Positions 12,077-24,881 of a stretch of DNA of 64,000 nt are shown in pieces; positions within the stretch are counted from its first letter, which is position 1, and each line of letters starts with the position of its first letter. The notes under the pieces are model-generated. The model had not been told where the DNA came from and did not search any database. It saw only the letters and a program-made list of their open reading frames with translations. The position numbers and the translations under genes were made by a program. This DNA is from Balanoglossus misakiensis (taxonomy: Eukaryota > Animalia > Hemichordata): contig CM082588.2 of NCBI GenBank assembly GCA_040954595.2, positions 12,041,398 to 12,105,397 of the forward strand, written 5' to 3'.

Positions 12077-15000
12077 TAGAATTTGGTAGATATTCAAGTG
12101 GAAGTTTTTGACAAGATAGTTAAGTTGTAAGATATGTACATGAACCTTGACAATTGACTTAAAATAACATAATGGCATAATTAATACTGATTGGCAATAG
12201 ATACTAATAACAACAGTGATGTTAATTACAGTGGGAATATTTATCTTATTATAGCTAATCGACTGATTGATGTAATGTAATGAAAGTGGCTATTTGTGAT
12301 TCACCATCACAGTGCTATGCAAGTCTATGGTACATTGTTTTTCCAATGATTATACAAAGGATATGTGTAATTAAGGCTGGTAGCATTTTCAATGTTATAA
12401 GCCCTGCCTTCACTATAATCTATTTTTTTTATCTTACACTTAATCAACACTGTTCAGTTTATGTGATTGACTTCAAAGGGACACTACTTACATCACTATT
12501 CCCAGCTAGGGGTTCCAGTTTATTTGGCCAATGGTATGCATGGCTCTAGGTGTTAGTTTTGGAAGCAAAGCATACAGATATAGACTAGGTAGTTCTGAAT
12601 GTGACCATGGACTGTACCACACACTCTGTATTGTATGTTTGTGAAGAATCTCATTTAACCCAAACATCAACATATTTCAAAGTTGCCAGAAGTAGAACAT
12701 ACAGGATTTACCAGTAAATATTGGTCACGTTATAACACACTGTGGACCCATCTGGGGATTACGCAAAATCAGGTGTGTACACGAAAAAAAAAATCACAAG
12801 TGACATTGGCAAGCAGATATGACCTACTGTAATAAAATTTCAAAGGAATCTGACAAGTATTTTCAGCGAAAATAATATGTGTTCAACAATGACAAAAACT
12901 GCCTCAAACCACAAAAATTCAATATCAACAAATTGTACAATATCTTACTTCAATCACCACAAGGAACAAGTGGTTTCAAAGAATATAAATTGCAAAAATT
13001 GCTTCAAGACCACAAATGTACAAATTTCACCAAAATGATGCAACATTACGAGGGTTACCACTTGGAACAAGAATACCAAAATTTAAAAGCAATCTGACAG
13101 GAAGTCTCAGAGAAACTGATTTTTGACCAAAAATGGCAAAAATCGCGTCAAGGACATGGTGGTCCCATTGAGTGATTACACAAGAAAAAGTCTACACCAG
13201 AGTACATGGCCATATACAGACAGACACACACACATAGCGAGAGATCAATGGGCAAGCACTGACTAACCCATAAGCTGCCAATGGCATATGTACTGTACAT
13301 ATACTAAATAGAACAGCTGGTCTCTTCAAAACGTAGCCAGTTATGCAATCATTCAGGAATTTGCTAAATGATTTACCAACAATTCTTTTACCTGCCCATG
13401 CCAAGTTCACACTTTTTTTCAGTGCAGAACTTCTACCAAGGGCTCTAATTACCATTTTAAATTTAGTATAAAAAATGGCCCCACACACATAAATGGCTTC
13501 ACACAATATATTTCCCAGGGCTGACCAAATTCTGAATTTTAGTTTCAGATCTATAATTTTTAGAAAATGGTTACTGATTAGTTCAAAAACATCCTAAGAC
13601 ATCTTAGATTTTGTATCCTGTGTTATACTGCTATATTGGTGATGCAATTCACTGTATTGTTATACCAATTCGCACCAGTAGTGCAATGTATAAGAAATGC
13701 ATGTTAAAAGAAAAAAAATCGGTGCACCAGTAGAAGTTACGAGAGAAATTTCCAACAGGCGATAATAACTAAATGTCCAAGTATTGTTTGACCATGGCAG
13801 TACACTGTAACACATGTGACTGTTCATTGTACTTACATCAACTCTGAATAAAAGCTCAAAAAACTCACAAAAACATTAAACACTCTTCCAAATTATTACA
13901 GTTGACTGTTCTTGAGAGACTAATGCATCATTTCATCTCAATAATAGAAGTGGATGTCAACAATTGAACACTTTTATGAGCGATTTCAAAGAGCGACAAA
14001 AATTTACCAACCTACTCATAGCAGCCAAGTTACCAAAGAGAACGGTTGTACCTCTTTGCTTCATGAGGGTGCTGTACACCTGGTCAAGGTTCACATTGTG
14101 CAAATACGTACTGGACAGTCATTGGAAGAACAGCGTCGTCCATAAACTATCAGAAAACTATCAATCTATCAGAAAATCACAAAATCCGGATCACATAAAC
14201 AGACAGTTTAATCATTTCATTTCCCCAGTTAATGGGAGCATACATGTAGCAGTTGTAAACATAGTATTTGAAATAAATTAAAATAGTCATTGCTCTCTGG
14301 TTCATCATGGAGGTAGTAGACTCCGGACAGTGTTATTATCTTTCCTTTCCCACTTCGATGGCACACTGAGTACAAACTTTCTTCTAAATTTTTGTAAACT
14401 CAAACTTTTATAAGACTCATGTTTATTCTATCAGACAAAGTTCAGAAGAACATGAACAAAGCTGTAATTTATGCAAATGTAACCGAGCTATATTTAGACA
14501 CACTTACGCAGTGAACATATGGCCTGGGCATGGAGTACGTGGACGGGGTCAGGTCGGGTTCACCAATGCGTGCTTATTGGCTGCTCCTAGTTTACATATC
14601 AATCACTGAGTCAGTAGTTCTAGTCAGGTGGAAATTTCAGAAAATGAGCATTTTAAAAGCATGTCAGGCATTTTTTGGTACAAGCTGGGAACAAGTTGTT
14701 TTTGGATATTTCGAATACGCTGATTTCGAATTTGCCTGTTCCCAAAAATTCTTTTCACGTTTTCATGTCGAAAATGGCAAATGAATTTGTGACGTCATAA
14801 TTTCAAAATACCTAAAAGAAAACGCCGTTTGTAGCCATTATGGTGCAATATCACAGGTCAACACCATAATAGTCTATTGAAATCATATTCTTATATCATT
14901 TAAATATTTTTTACACAATTTGTTTAATTTAGAAACATTTGGTGAATTGGTAAAAATGCTAATTTATGTTAATTAGGTGACACGCCCATCTAAAATCAAT

Positions 15001-15793
15001 GGTCTACAAAAGAGAGCCAACGGTGTTAAGTGAGGTGTCTATTCCAATGTTTTCAGGGTCAAGGAATTCAAATATGCAATCGTTTACCTTGTCAGACAAG
15101 GTGCAGCATGGAAAATATGCAAAATTAGCTTAATTAGTCATGATGTCATGCTAAAATTGACAACTGAAAGCTAATTAAATGATACAACTATGGCCTGTGA
15201 GGTGTCTATTCACATGTTTTTTGGCAAATGTTTGCATTTTAATGAATAACTGAAATGAAACTTTTCATATTTGTATGTAATAGCATGTAAAAAACAACAA
15301 AAACAAACAAATAAACATACACAACGAGGATTTAGTTTAGACTGTACATGCTCGTTGGTAACATCGTGACCGATCGCTCCGTTAAAAAACACCAGAACAT
15401 TGAACGTATGAACGTTTAGGTCCACAATTCACAAGTTATTGAACTATGAATGTATGTTCAATGTTGTGAAAAGCCAAAAACATACTTTTTGCCAACAAAA
15501 CTGGCATTTGTTAACGTACAAGTTGTTCATTAATAGCGAAAGCATCGTATGGCCACACTCACATTATGCCAGCACCGTATATTCATGCTTAGTTATAAGA
15601 CGTTGAATGCACACTGATGGCCCGACGTCCTCGGTGTTTTTTTGAAACCCGGTCTCTAACAACAATTTCTCTTCATAAGTAAAGAGTAATGTGTATTTTT
15701 ATTACGTTTTTATATATGATACTGTGTGCAAAGTGAAGATTGTGTCAATGAGGCAACATATATACATGTACATTTAATCCACTTGGGTGTCGT

Positions 15794-18729
15794 ACTTGGC
15801 TCAGATGTGTGTTAATGTGTACTAAACAAATTCAGATAGCGAGCCACAATATCTGTTGATGAGTTTCCATGGCAACCATTTTTTCATTTTTTCAAAATGG
15901 CCGCCAATACAGATAATCTCACCCACAAAATAACAATTATAAAACACCACAATAAATTCATTTTACGATATTTGAAACAAGAAACTACTCAAAGAGTAAT
16001 TTTCAAAATATATATCATCACTAAACTAGTTATAGGGGTAAATACAGGATCGAGATTCAGTCGCTAATGAAATTCAAGTTTGGTAATAACCCCGGTTACA
16101 ACAAACTTAGTTAAAACACTGTATAACCATATATATATTATAATAGTGGCCTGGCATAAACACAATTTTCGTAACATTTGGGCATTTTGTGATAAAAGTT
16201 TAACAATTAAAGCTCAGTTGATTCGTTATTTTCCCCATAAAAATATATTTGATGAACAAAATTCCAAATTTAGTCAACCCAGGAGAAAACGGCATCTTGT
16301 TTCTCAACCTTATAAATTGATCTGACCAGTTTGAATCAGTGCAGAATCCAGCTTTTCTATTTTATCTTCATCAAATGATTCATGCAAATAAAGAATCACT
16401 TCCCCATAAAATGGTGGCAGAAAGCCAGTATCATGACAGTCGATTGGTTTGTTAAATTTACTATAGAAACTAACTATGTCTTCAGTTCGCAATCTTGGTG
16501 TTAAGCTCAACAACGATGGTTCCGCTTCTGATCATATTAGTCATGTCTGCAGGAAAGGTTTCTAAGCACTATCTAGAATTGGCAAGATCCGCCCATTATT
16601 GGACAAACATACAACGGAAAAGATGGTCCATGCATTCATTACGTCTCAGCTTGATTATTTTAATAGTCTCCTGTATGGTATTAATAAGGCTCAACTGGAT
16701 CGCCTACAATCACTTCAAAATGCTGCGGCTCGTCTCGTCTCCCGGACTCGGAAGTTCGATCACATCACACCTGTTCTCATTGATCTGTACTGGCTGCCGG
16801 TTGATGCTCGCATCAAATTCAAAATTTTGTTAACTACCTATAAAATCATTCATCGCTTTGTACCACTTTATTTAATCGATTTGCTTGAAATTTACACCCC
16901 TGTCAGAGATCTCAGATCAGCTGACTCTTTGCGGTTGGTGCCACCTCTTGGAAACTTTAATAAGGCATATGGGCAGAAAGCATTCTCTGGTTGTGCACCT
17001 GCTCTGTGGAATTCGCTGCCGCCTATGATTCGCAACGCCAGATCTGTTGACTGTTTTAAACGCCGTTTAAAAACTCATCTTTTCAATCATATTTGTGATC
17101 GAATTTTTTAGGATCATCTTCTGTATGTTTTTTTTAGACGGACTTTTAATTGGGAATTTTAACTGAGACTTTTTAATTTTTCTGCTGCTTTTATGATTCT
17201 TTTATCACCGTCTTTTGTAACTCGCACTGCATGAGACGTATGTGTAGCGCGTGTAAGAAATAAATATTATTATATTATATTATATGTCTAGGGTGCATGT
17301 ACATAGATAGATGTTAGGAATCAAAATCAAAATCTGTTTCAAACTTTTCATCCAATACTTGTCCTTCGGAAAGCGTTTTGATGAAGTCGCTTGAAGTGCT
17401 TTGTATTGCTCATGTTATCGATAATTTTAATCGCACCTTGATGATAGTCAGCAGTTCTATTTTGACATGTTATTTTGTGTATTTTTGAACCCCCAAAATC
17501 AAAGAATAAAATGATAAAGTGAAAATAAGCTTCAAAACACCAAAAGTCTTCAGGATCACAGCTTTTCTGTAAAGAGTAAGATTTCGCTTACTTCATGCTA
17601 TTAAATGAAATGAAGTTTTCCGTAATATCTCTTGCAAAGTCAGATCTTTACACATTGAGATATTAGAATGGAAGTACATTCCAAGTGACTTGTTGGGAGC
17701 CTTGGGGCACCTAATCCCAGAAAATTGCAATAAGACCTGTTTTTCCATTTACCAATCTAAAGGCCAACTGCTTGTATATTTAGTTGGGTTTCTATAATTA
17801 ACACACATTTTTGACAATATTTATGGCATGATGGACACTATTCTCGACAAATAAAATAATGTTGTGTGTCCTCCGGTGTAATTTTTATGAGTTTGGAATC
17901 ATAGACACAATTTATCTTTTGGTCAACTCTGTTAACAGTCGCCAAAATTGCTGGAGTGGAACTGATACATGATCTAAAGTATCAAGACATATGGTCGATT
18001 ATTAACGTTTCAGCAATTTGACTTAAGTTTCTTTAATTTCCTATGGCATTTTGACAAACATCAACGCCCCGAAAAAACGTTGTCAACGCTGCGGTGGCGA
18101 TTGTGGTCGAAACAAAGCCGCATGGTTCGTTACCCGGGGTCCATTTAGATTGCAAGTTGATAAGGAAATTTTACCAGTCACGAGTAAGCCAAGCCCACAT
18201 CCGTGTGCAATTCGAATATATCGGTGATCTGTTTATATGATTATCATTAGCTAAGGTGGCAAACTGTTGTGATTCATATGTGTAATTTACGTACTGCAAG
18301 TTAAATATCGCAATTAGCCTAATGTTTGACCATAGACAGTATGGTTTGACTTCTAGAGGAGCACCTATTAATCCGAAAGGGATTACAAGTTGTGCCTTTA
18401 AATTGTGTTTTGATAACTTACTTACCCCTATAAGTAGTTTAGTAACCATAATATCTTTGCAAATCATTCTTTCCACAGTTCCTTGTATCAAATATAGTAA
18501 TCTAAATTTATTTTGGTGTTTACAGATGTTATTTGGTGGGTGAAATTATCTGACAGTGTATTGGTGGCCATTTTGAAAAATTGGTTGCCATGGAAACCCA
18601 TCAACAGATATTTAGTGGCTCCCTATCTGAATTTGTTTAGTACACATTAACACACATCTGAGCCAAGTTTGGTGCTTTTATCACAAAATGCACAATCGCT
18701 ATGAAAATTAGGGTTTGGCCGCTCCACTA
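15794..18729. mobile_element. Nested, left-truncated TAGT-ended (Academ-like) TIR element
   Basis: CTTGGCTCAGATGTGTGTTAATGTGTACTAAACAAATTCAGATAG...CCATGGCAACC is inverted at 18575-18668. The right terminus ...TTTGGCCGCTCCACTA is at 18729. Confidence 0.65.
16480..17285 (+). mobile_element. L2-clade LINE 3' fragment (ORF2 C-terminus, 3' UTR, (TAT)n tail)
   Basis: ORF 16599..17111 reads VHAFITSQLDYFNSLLYG...LQSLQNAAARLV...HITPVLIDLYWLPV...LWNSLP...FKRRLKTHLF, with RNLGV upstream. AATAAA is followed by TATTATTATA. Confidence 0.9.
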
Positions 18730-20087
18730 CAGGGCTTTAGACGGCCATATTGAATTGCCACATCGAGGCTCTATCTCAAAATGAACTTCACACTTGAAGT
18801 ATTGTTTTGAACAAGGTTTAAGTCCTTTATTAAAATAAGGAAAAGGTAAATTTTCCAATGCTTGTGAGCTTTCAGTACATGTACTGTTACACCTAGCTTT
18901 ATTATTATTTGATAGCCAAAAATCAACGAATTATTCATACAATATGCAAATTGTTGCATAATTATTGTTTTATTGTTGCTATTTTGTGTTTATACAACCA
19001 AAAAAAGTTGTTGATGTAAACATGTAGTTTAGTTTCATTGTTCGAGGAGGTACGTGAACATTTCTTTTATGCTATTCATGTGAGAATTGCGATCCTTGGC
19101 GGCCATATTTGATTTGCCAAAACGAGGCTCTTATCTCAAAAAGATCTTTTGGGAACAGGCATTTTCGAAATCAGCGTAGTCGAATTGACCAAAAAACATA
19201 TTTGGTTTGCTTGTACCAAAAAATGCCAGAGGGGGTCACAATTTCTCAAATCTCCACCTGACTATTCAATGAAATTTAGTTTCGCATGCATTTTTGAATC
19301 ACGTAACCCTGCTAGTGCGTTGACGGCCGATTATATATTGGATAAAATAAAAAAAAATCTTTCTTTCTAAATATTTTTGTACAATAGAATAATGATTTTA
19401 CAGTATGTTTTAAAGATTTATTTGTGTATATTCACCAGCCCAATTGGGCTGACAAGACGTGAAAATTCAGAGAAGCAAATTTTGAAAATGTATAATTAAT
19501 ATCAATCACATGAAAACTTACAGCATTCTTACATTTGGAAATTTAGGTATTGTAATTAACACTAACAGTTATGAAACTTTTAATTGTCAATAAAATCATA
19601 TGGCATAATTTAATTGGGTTTCTATTTATATGCAATGTGAAAATACAACTGGTGATCCTTCGGCCAGGAAGAGGCATCAGATCAATTTGACAGACCCGGT
19701 TGCCCAGTGGATTAGGTCTTTGCGCTGTGAGAAACGCCGGTTTTGGTAACTAAATTCCCATTCACAGGATATGAAATAAACCGGAATCACTCAAGGTACA
19801 TATAATGATGTATGCAGGCTAACAATCAGAAAACAGAGGATAGTTCTCCATTTTCATATTTAAATAAAATAAGATTCACTGAAATTGGTAGGTCCGTGGG
19901 CAGGCAAAGTCATTTCCAACTCGGCTTGCAAATCAGGCCTATGTCTCTTGTTCCCTGAGACAGTCTGGTTCTAATAATAGCTGTAAGAACGTGATTGTTG
20001 ACCGAACTGTTGGCTCAATTTTGCAACATTTTACAATTTCAAGCTGTGCATATTTAACTCTGTTCCAACTTTGGTTGGGGGATAATG

Positions 20088-20483
20088 TAGTCTCGGTTAC
20101 CTAGACCCCCCTGCTTCTTCCGTTGGGCACTCCAGAAAGAAGGTCTGGGGAAACCCCATAGACAAATCTCCGGGCAAAGATGGCCGATGCATGATGCATG
20201 ACCGATGCATGATGGTTGCTGCAGCCCCAAACATAAAAAACATGCTGAGAAGTGCTAGACCTGCTAAAACTGTCTGCAAATTGAAAAGAGAGAGAGAAGT
20301 TTGGTAAATAGTTTTCTAATATTGTCATATCATAATATCAAATGTTATAAATATCGACCATCATGCATCGCTTTTGTCTCAAGTCGGCCATCTTTGCCAG
20401 GAGATTTGTCTATGGGGTTTCCCCAGACCCTCTTTCTGGAGTGCCCAACAGAAGAAGCAGGGGGGTCTAGGTAACCGAGACTA
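20088..20483. mobile_element. Palindromic MITE with 9-bp TSD (AcademH-like)
   Basis: TAGTCTCGGTTACCTAGACCCCCCTGCTTC ... GAAGCAGGGGGGTCTAGGTAACCGAGACTA. TSD GGGATAATG at 20079-87 and 20484-92. Confidence 0.85.
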
Positions 20484-21805
20484 GGGATAATGATGAAGCC
20501 ATTTCACTGACAAAATAGCGCTACGAATGGAAGACAATATTTGTTTACAGTCAAATACATTGCCATCAGAAAATTGCATACGAAAAATTATGCAAACTCT
20601 CCCACAGTTTGGAATTCTAAGCAAATTCATTTATTTGGTATAATTCGTGTTTTAAATGGTTACCTCAGAGTAACTGTAAAATTTGATCATCACTTACTAG
20701 TACTTGAAATGACCCACAAATTATACGGCAAAACATCATAAAGCATAAATGATACTCACTGAAACGCCATGCAACCCAAGTTTCCAGGCAATCTCAACAG
20801 CATGATTGGATCCCAAGCACATACACAAATCAAATCACATAATGTTGTGAGTTCCTTTCACTGAATACACACATGAAGGTTCGACTTCTGGGATATAACT
20901 GTCTTGAATTAATGTGTATTTCCATACATATCCATACGATTACCTGAATGTACACAAGTTAATTCAAAATAAATACATTAGAATAATGACCCGGACAGAA
21001 TCAACACTGACTTAGTTTACACATATTTTTACACAGTCGCATCAGCCCCGGCCGGGTGAAGAGTGCACATGAGAAATTAAATATTATGTCGATTATTTCT
21101 AATTCCGTCTTCAAACGCACGAAGGTACATATTTCCATTATTTACTGTAGTCATAACCCTGTTTTCGCAACATTGATGCCGGCGTCTGTGGATATTTCTA
21201 CAGTCAAAAACCATTACAGGATCGCGATTACACACATTAAACATCGTGAACGGCTCCTGCCTGCCCAGGCCTGTTTCAAAGTCAAACCGCGTGCGGAGGA
21301 AATGTTGTTGATAAATGTTGTCGTTTTTTGCGAAGACAATATTTAAAAGACCAGTTTTCTGAGAGGCACTTGCCAACAATTCTTAATACCTCGTAAACAC
21401 GGACACAATATTGTTAAAAATTACCCACCTTTGAAATATTTGTATTGTAGCCGTACGTACATCGACCAGGCAAAATCCATCGCGTGAGTTCCAGAGTCGA
21501 ATCTCATGACGTAACACTGACCTTTGCCCATATATCCTCGTTCATAACGTATGTTTATTTTGAGGAAGAAGTCGGCCGGCCAGCTGCAACTTTTTATCAA
21601 CTAATCAGGGCAGTTGTAATAAGGTTTTGATACAAATGACGTCTGTCGCGTGATCAAGTCACATAATAAACCGGCCAAACAAAGTTGTCGGCCGATGACA
21701 TGCATGTAGCACCGGACATCACGTGAATAAGCCAAAACTGGCTGTCGGGCGTTTGTGCGGTGGTGGGGGCTGTGTCATGGAAGGTGATCCCGTCGACGTC
21801 GCATT

Positions 21806-23803
21806 AGTCCTGTTTCATAAGTCAGGTCCATGGCACATGTACCGACATCTGTGATTGGTCCATCTGGTAATCTTAGGTCCACTTGCGGCACGCTGATTGG
21901 AGGGACCTTATGTGTTAGGTCTTATCATTATGTATTATTCACTAGACCTTGTAGGTTAGGTCTTATTACTATGTATTATTCACTTTACAGCTCCCTGATT
22001 GGTTAATGTGTAGGTCTGGTCCTCCAGTGTTCACTGCCTCATTATGCAGGACCTTGTAGGTTAGGTCTTATTAATATGTATTTATTCAATTTTCAGCTCC
22101 CTGATTGGTTAATGTGTAGGTCTCCAGTTTTCACTGCTTTGTTATGCAAAGTCTTTTGTACTTTCTGAATACTTTTGTCGCATTCTGTCTGGCATGCTAC
22201 CTGCGCGTGGTCGAAGCTCGCGATCGATCCCAGTGTATATTAAGAAAGGCACTCATATAATGATTTGATTTCACCTTTTCCTTCACTATTCATGGCATTT
22301 TATGTGATATTGTGAACTAGATACTCGAAATAAAAATTGCAAGGAGAAATTTCGCATTTATTTCCAGTGGCGGTTTGTTGAAATGGGCTAGTGTTTTGTT
22401 ACGTAATGCCTTTCAGCGCATCACTTCGTGTAACACCTGGCTGAATACGAAGTGTGTGCTATTCATTCGAGCAAACCAAAAATATCTTACAATAGAAATG
22501 TTTAGCACAGCATTGCATTTCTTTGGGATACCTCATTCGTTGCTTTATTGCTTTGATAGTAAAATCCTTCCAATTTTAATGTATGGAAGTGAAGTGTGGG
22601 GTTTCCACCAGGCCGACCAAATTGAAATAGTACACAATAAATGCTGTCGTTTTATTTTGAGATTGTATGGCAATGCGACCACTCTCGCTGTTAGGGGTGA
22701 GCTGGGGCGTTTTACAATTCGTACATGTAGACTTGTAAGGATTATCAAATATTGGCTGCGCTTGCTTTCAATGCCACAGCAGCGTATTGTGCAAAAATGC
22801 TATATTTTCCAATATAAGGAAGCTGAAAAGAGTAAACCATGCTGGGCCTATGATGTTAAGACCTTGTTGTTTTCTTTTGGTATGGGCGAAGCTTGGCTTA
22901 ATCAAGGTGTGGGTTGTGATGTTAACTTTATTAATTTATTTAAACAGAGATGTCGAGACATTGATATTCAGAATTGGTATTCAAATTTACGTCTGTTTCC
23001 CAAAATGGACTGTTATCGTACTTTCAAAATGACCTTTGGGCAAGAGCATTACTTATCATGTATTGATAACGATTCACATAGAGAAGCCATGTGTCGTTTT
23101 AGAGTTTCTGCGCATGCACTACGCATCGAATCAGATAGAAAATTACGTAACGAGCGCTCAGAAAGAATTTGTGTATATTGTAATTCTACAAGCATTGAAG
23201 ACGAGTTCCACTTTAGTATGATGTGTCCTCTATATCAGGAGTTAAGGTCAAAATATATTCCAAGGTATTTTTACATAAATCCTTCCTTTCAAAAATTTAC
23301 CCAGCTTTAACAGTCTCAAAACACAACTATTGTACGCAATATTTCAAAATTTATCTACTATGCCATGAAGATGCGTTCCGAGACTGTTGAGGAACTTTCA
23401 ACCGTGTAATACTGATTGTACTTGTTTCTAGTTGAGTGTCCCTCTGTACTTTTCTTTGTATGACTTTTGTGATTACTAGGAGGCCGGAGGCCTACAGTAT
23501 CCGAACAAATCACACATATATATAATTAGTTGCTTTACAGGTATGATTACTTTTATTGTACTTCCTTCACGAAGCTGCACCGTCACAGTTCCATTTTATT
23601 AAAACAATATACGAATGTATAAACGGACAACGTGTTCCTTATCACAATCAACATCTTCGTCAAAACAAATTTACTTTTAAAAAGTAATAACAACAATAAT
23701 AAAATTGATGATGAGAAGTAGGAGGGTGATTAAAAAAATATACAACTTAGCTAAAGTGCTTAGATGAGTTAATCAGATTTTCAAAGTCCATCTAAAAAAA
23801 TCA
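21806..23803. mobile_element. Left-arm copy of the AAT-TSD foldback element, second TIR lost by deletion
   Basis: Starts AGTCCTGTTTCA with CTGATTGG/TAGGTC subrepeats. Mirror of 50618..52615. Confidence 0.75.
22545..23520 (+). mobile_element. RTEX-like LINE 3' fragment (ORF2 C-terminus with CCHC-type tail)
   Basis: FDSKILPILMYGSEVWG...AVRGELGR...KYWLRL...CRFRVSAHALRIE...ERICVYC...IEDEFHFSMMCPLY. The N-terminus of ORF 22375..23310 is read-through from flanking DNA. Confidence 0.85.
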
Positions 23804-24327
23804 TGCTACCGTCCGCAATTCTGATTGGACGAGAGCTCAATCCAGCGATGCTAACATAGTCATATAGCACTGCTGGCAGTGCTAAAACGGGCCCCTGAAC
23901 TAGCATGCGGCAGCACAAATGTGCGGTTAAACCACAGCCGCGCGTGTTTAAACCAACTAAATAAAACAAAAATACTGTTGAATTAATCGTTTTATTTTGG
24001 AACTGCTCTGTAGAAATATTTGTAACTTTGCCACGCGCGATGCCCGTCTTGTCACTTTTTGTCGTCTGCTTCATGTTTAATGCTCGATCCCGGCCGCTCG
24101 TGTTTACATTCATCGTCGCCATGTTGGTTCACGATCGTAATTACTCTTTGTGACGCCGTCTCGGTAAGAAAATGACACTGATATGCCACAAAAACAATTG
24201 TTGATATAATAGCACTCGATTTGGGTACAATTTGCTCCATATAGACTCGCCTGACAGCTCGCGCTATATGTCTCGAATTGTACCCAAATCTCGTGTATAC
24301 CCGCTTACAGCGGGGCTTATTGCTTAA
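23800..24327 (-). mobile_element. Crypton-like non-autonomous element, terminus clipped by the left-arm deletion
   Basis: CTTATTGCTTAA end, hairpin TTGGGTACAATT...AATTGTACCCAA, and CTGATTGG motif. Mirror of 48337..48860. Confidence 0.55.
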
Positions 24328-24441
24328 GTAACTTACTTAGATAGTATGATCAATAAGGGCAGATATCTTCTTCAGTCTGCCCAGTTTACATAAGTTACCA
24401 CACATGTATAAATAAAATAATGTTTTTATATTTTTGGTTAA

Positions 24442-24881
24442 ACCCCGGTGCGGAAAGTCCTGGGGTTCGGATTAACGTGTGTTTGTATAGTTGTTTATTT
24501 GGGAGTGGTCGTCGTGCATAATGACTGTGTAATTGCTCTCATGTACACAGAAAATAATTGAACACTTCACACTTCCACGCGATTGACAACTGTTTGAATG
24601 GCGTGGTTATTGTTTCCCAGGGAGGCTTCTGAAAAGCACTGAAACCAGATTTCTCCCAAAATCATCGTTGTTTCAAAAGCTCGTGTACTTTTTCGTCGAT
24701 AACTTTATGTTGTGTGTGTTTATAAAGCCAACTACTGTCGTTGTGTGGTGTAATTCTTTATTCTTGGACCTGTTTGGGCCGATTTTCATAGAGCCAAGAT
24801 CGTTGGTGTTGTCTGTTGTCAGTCAAACGGCATTAAGATTCGCCACTGATTTGGGGGGTCTTTTATACCCCGCACCGGGGT
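24442..24881. mobile_element. 440-bp MITE flanked by TTAA (Kolobok- or piggyBac-type TSD)
   Basis: TTAA|ACCCCGGTGCGG ... CCGCACCGGGGT|TTAA. Confidence 0.7.

Larger units (their letters stand above)
14621..19264. mobile_element. 4.6 kb composite Academ-like non-autonomous transposon, left arm only
   Basis: Termini TAGTCAGGTGGA ... TCCACCTGACTA with ~130 bp of imperfect subterminal inverted similarity. 3-bp TSD TTC (14618-20 and 19265-67). The empty site TCAGTAGTTCAATGAAA is present in the right arm at ~54986-55003. Confidence 0.88.

Noticed and set aside
12740-13290. Possible Helentron-associated (HINE-like) element, also ~9950-10260
   Set aside because: Looks like a dispersed repeat with an ACAG/AC tract, but I could not define its termini well enough to call it.
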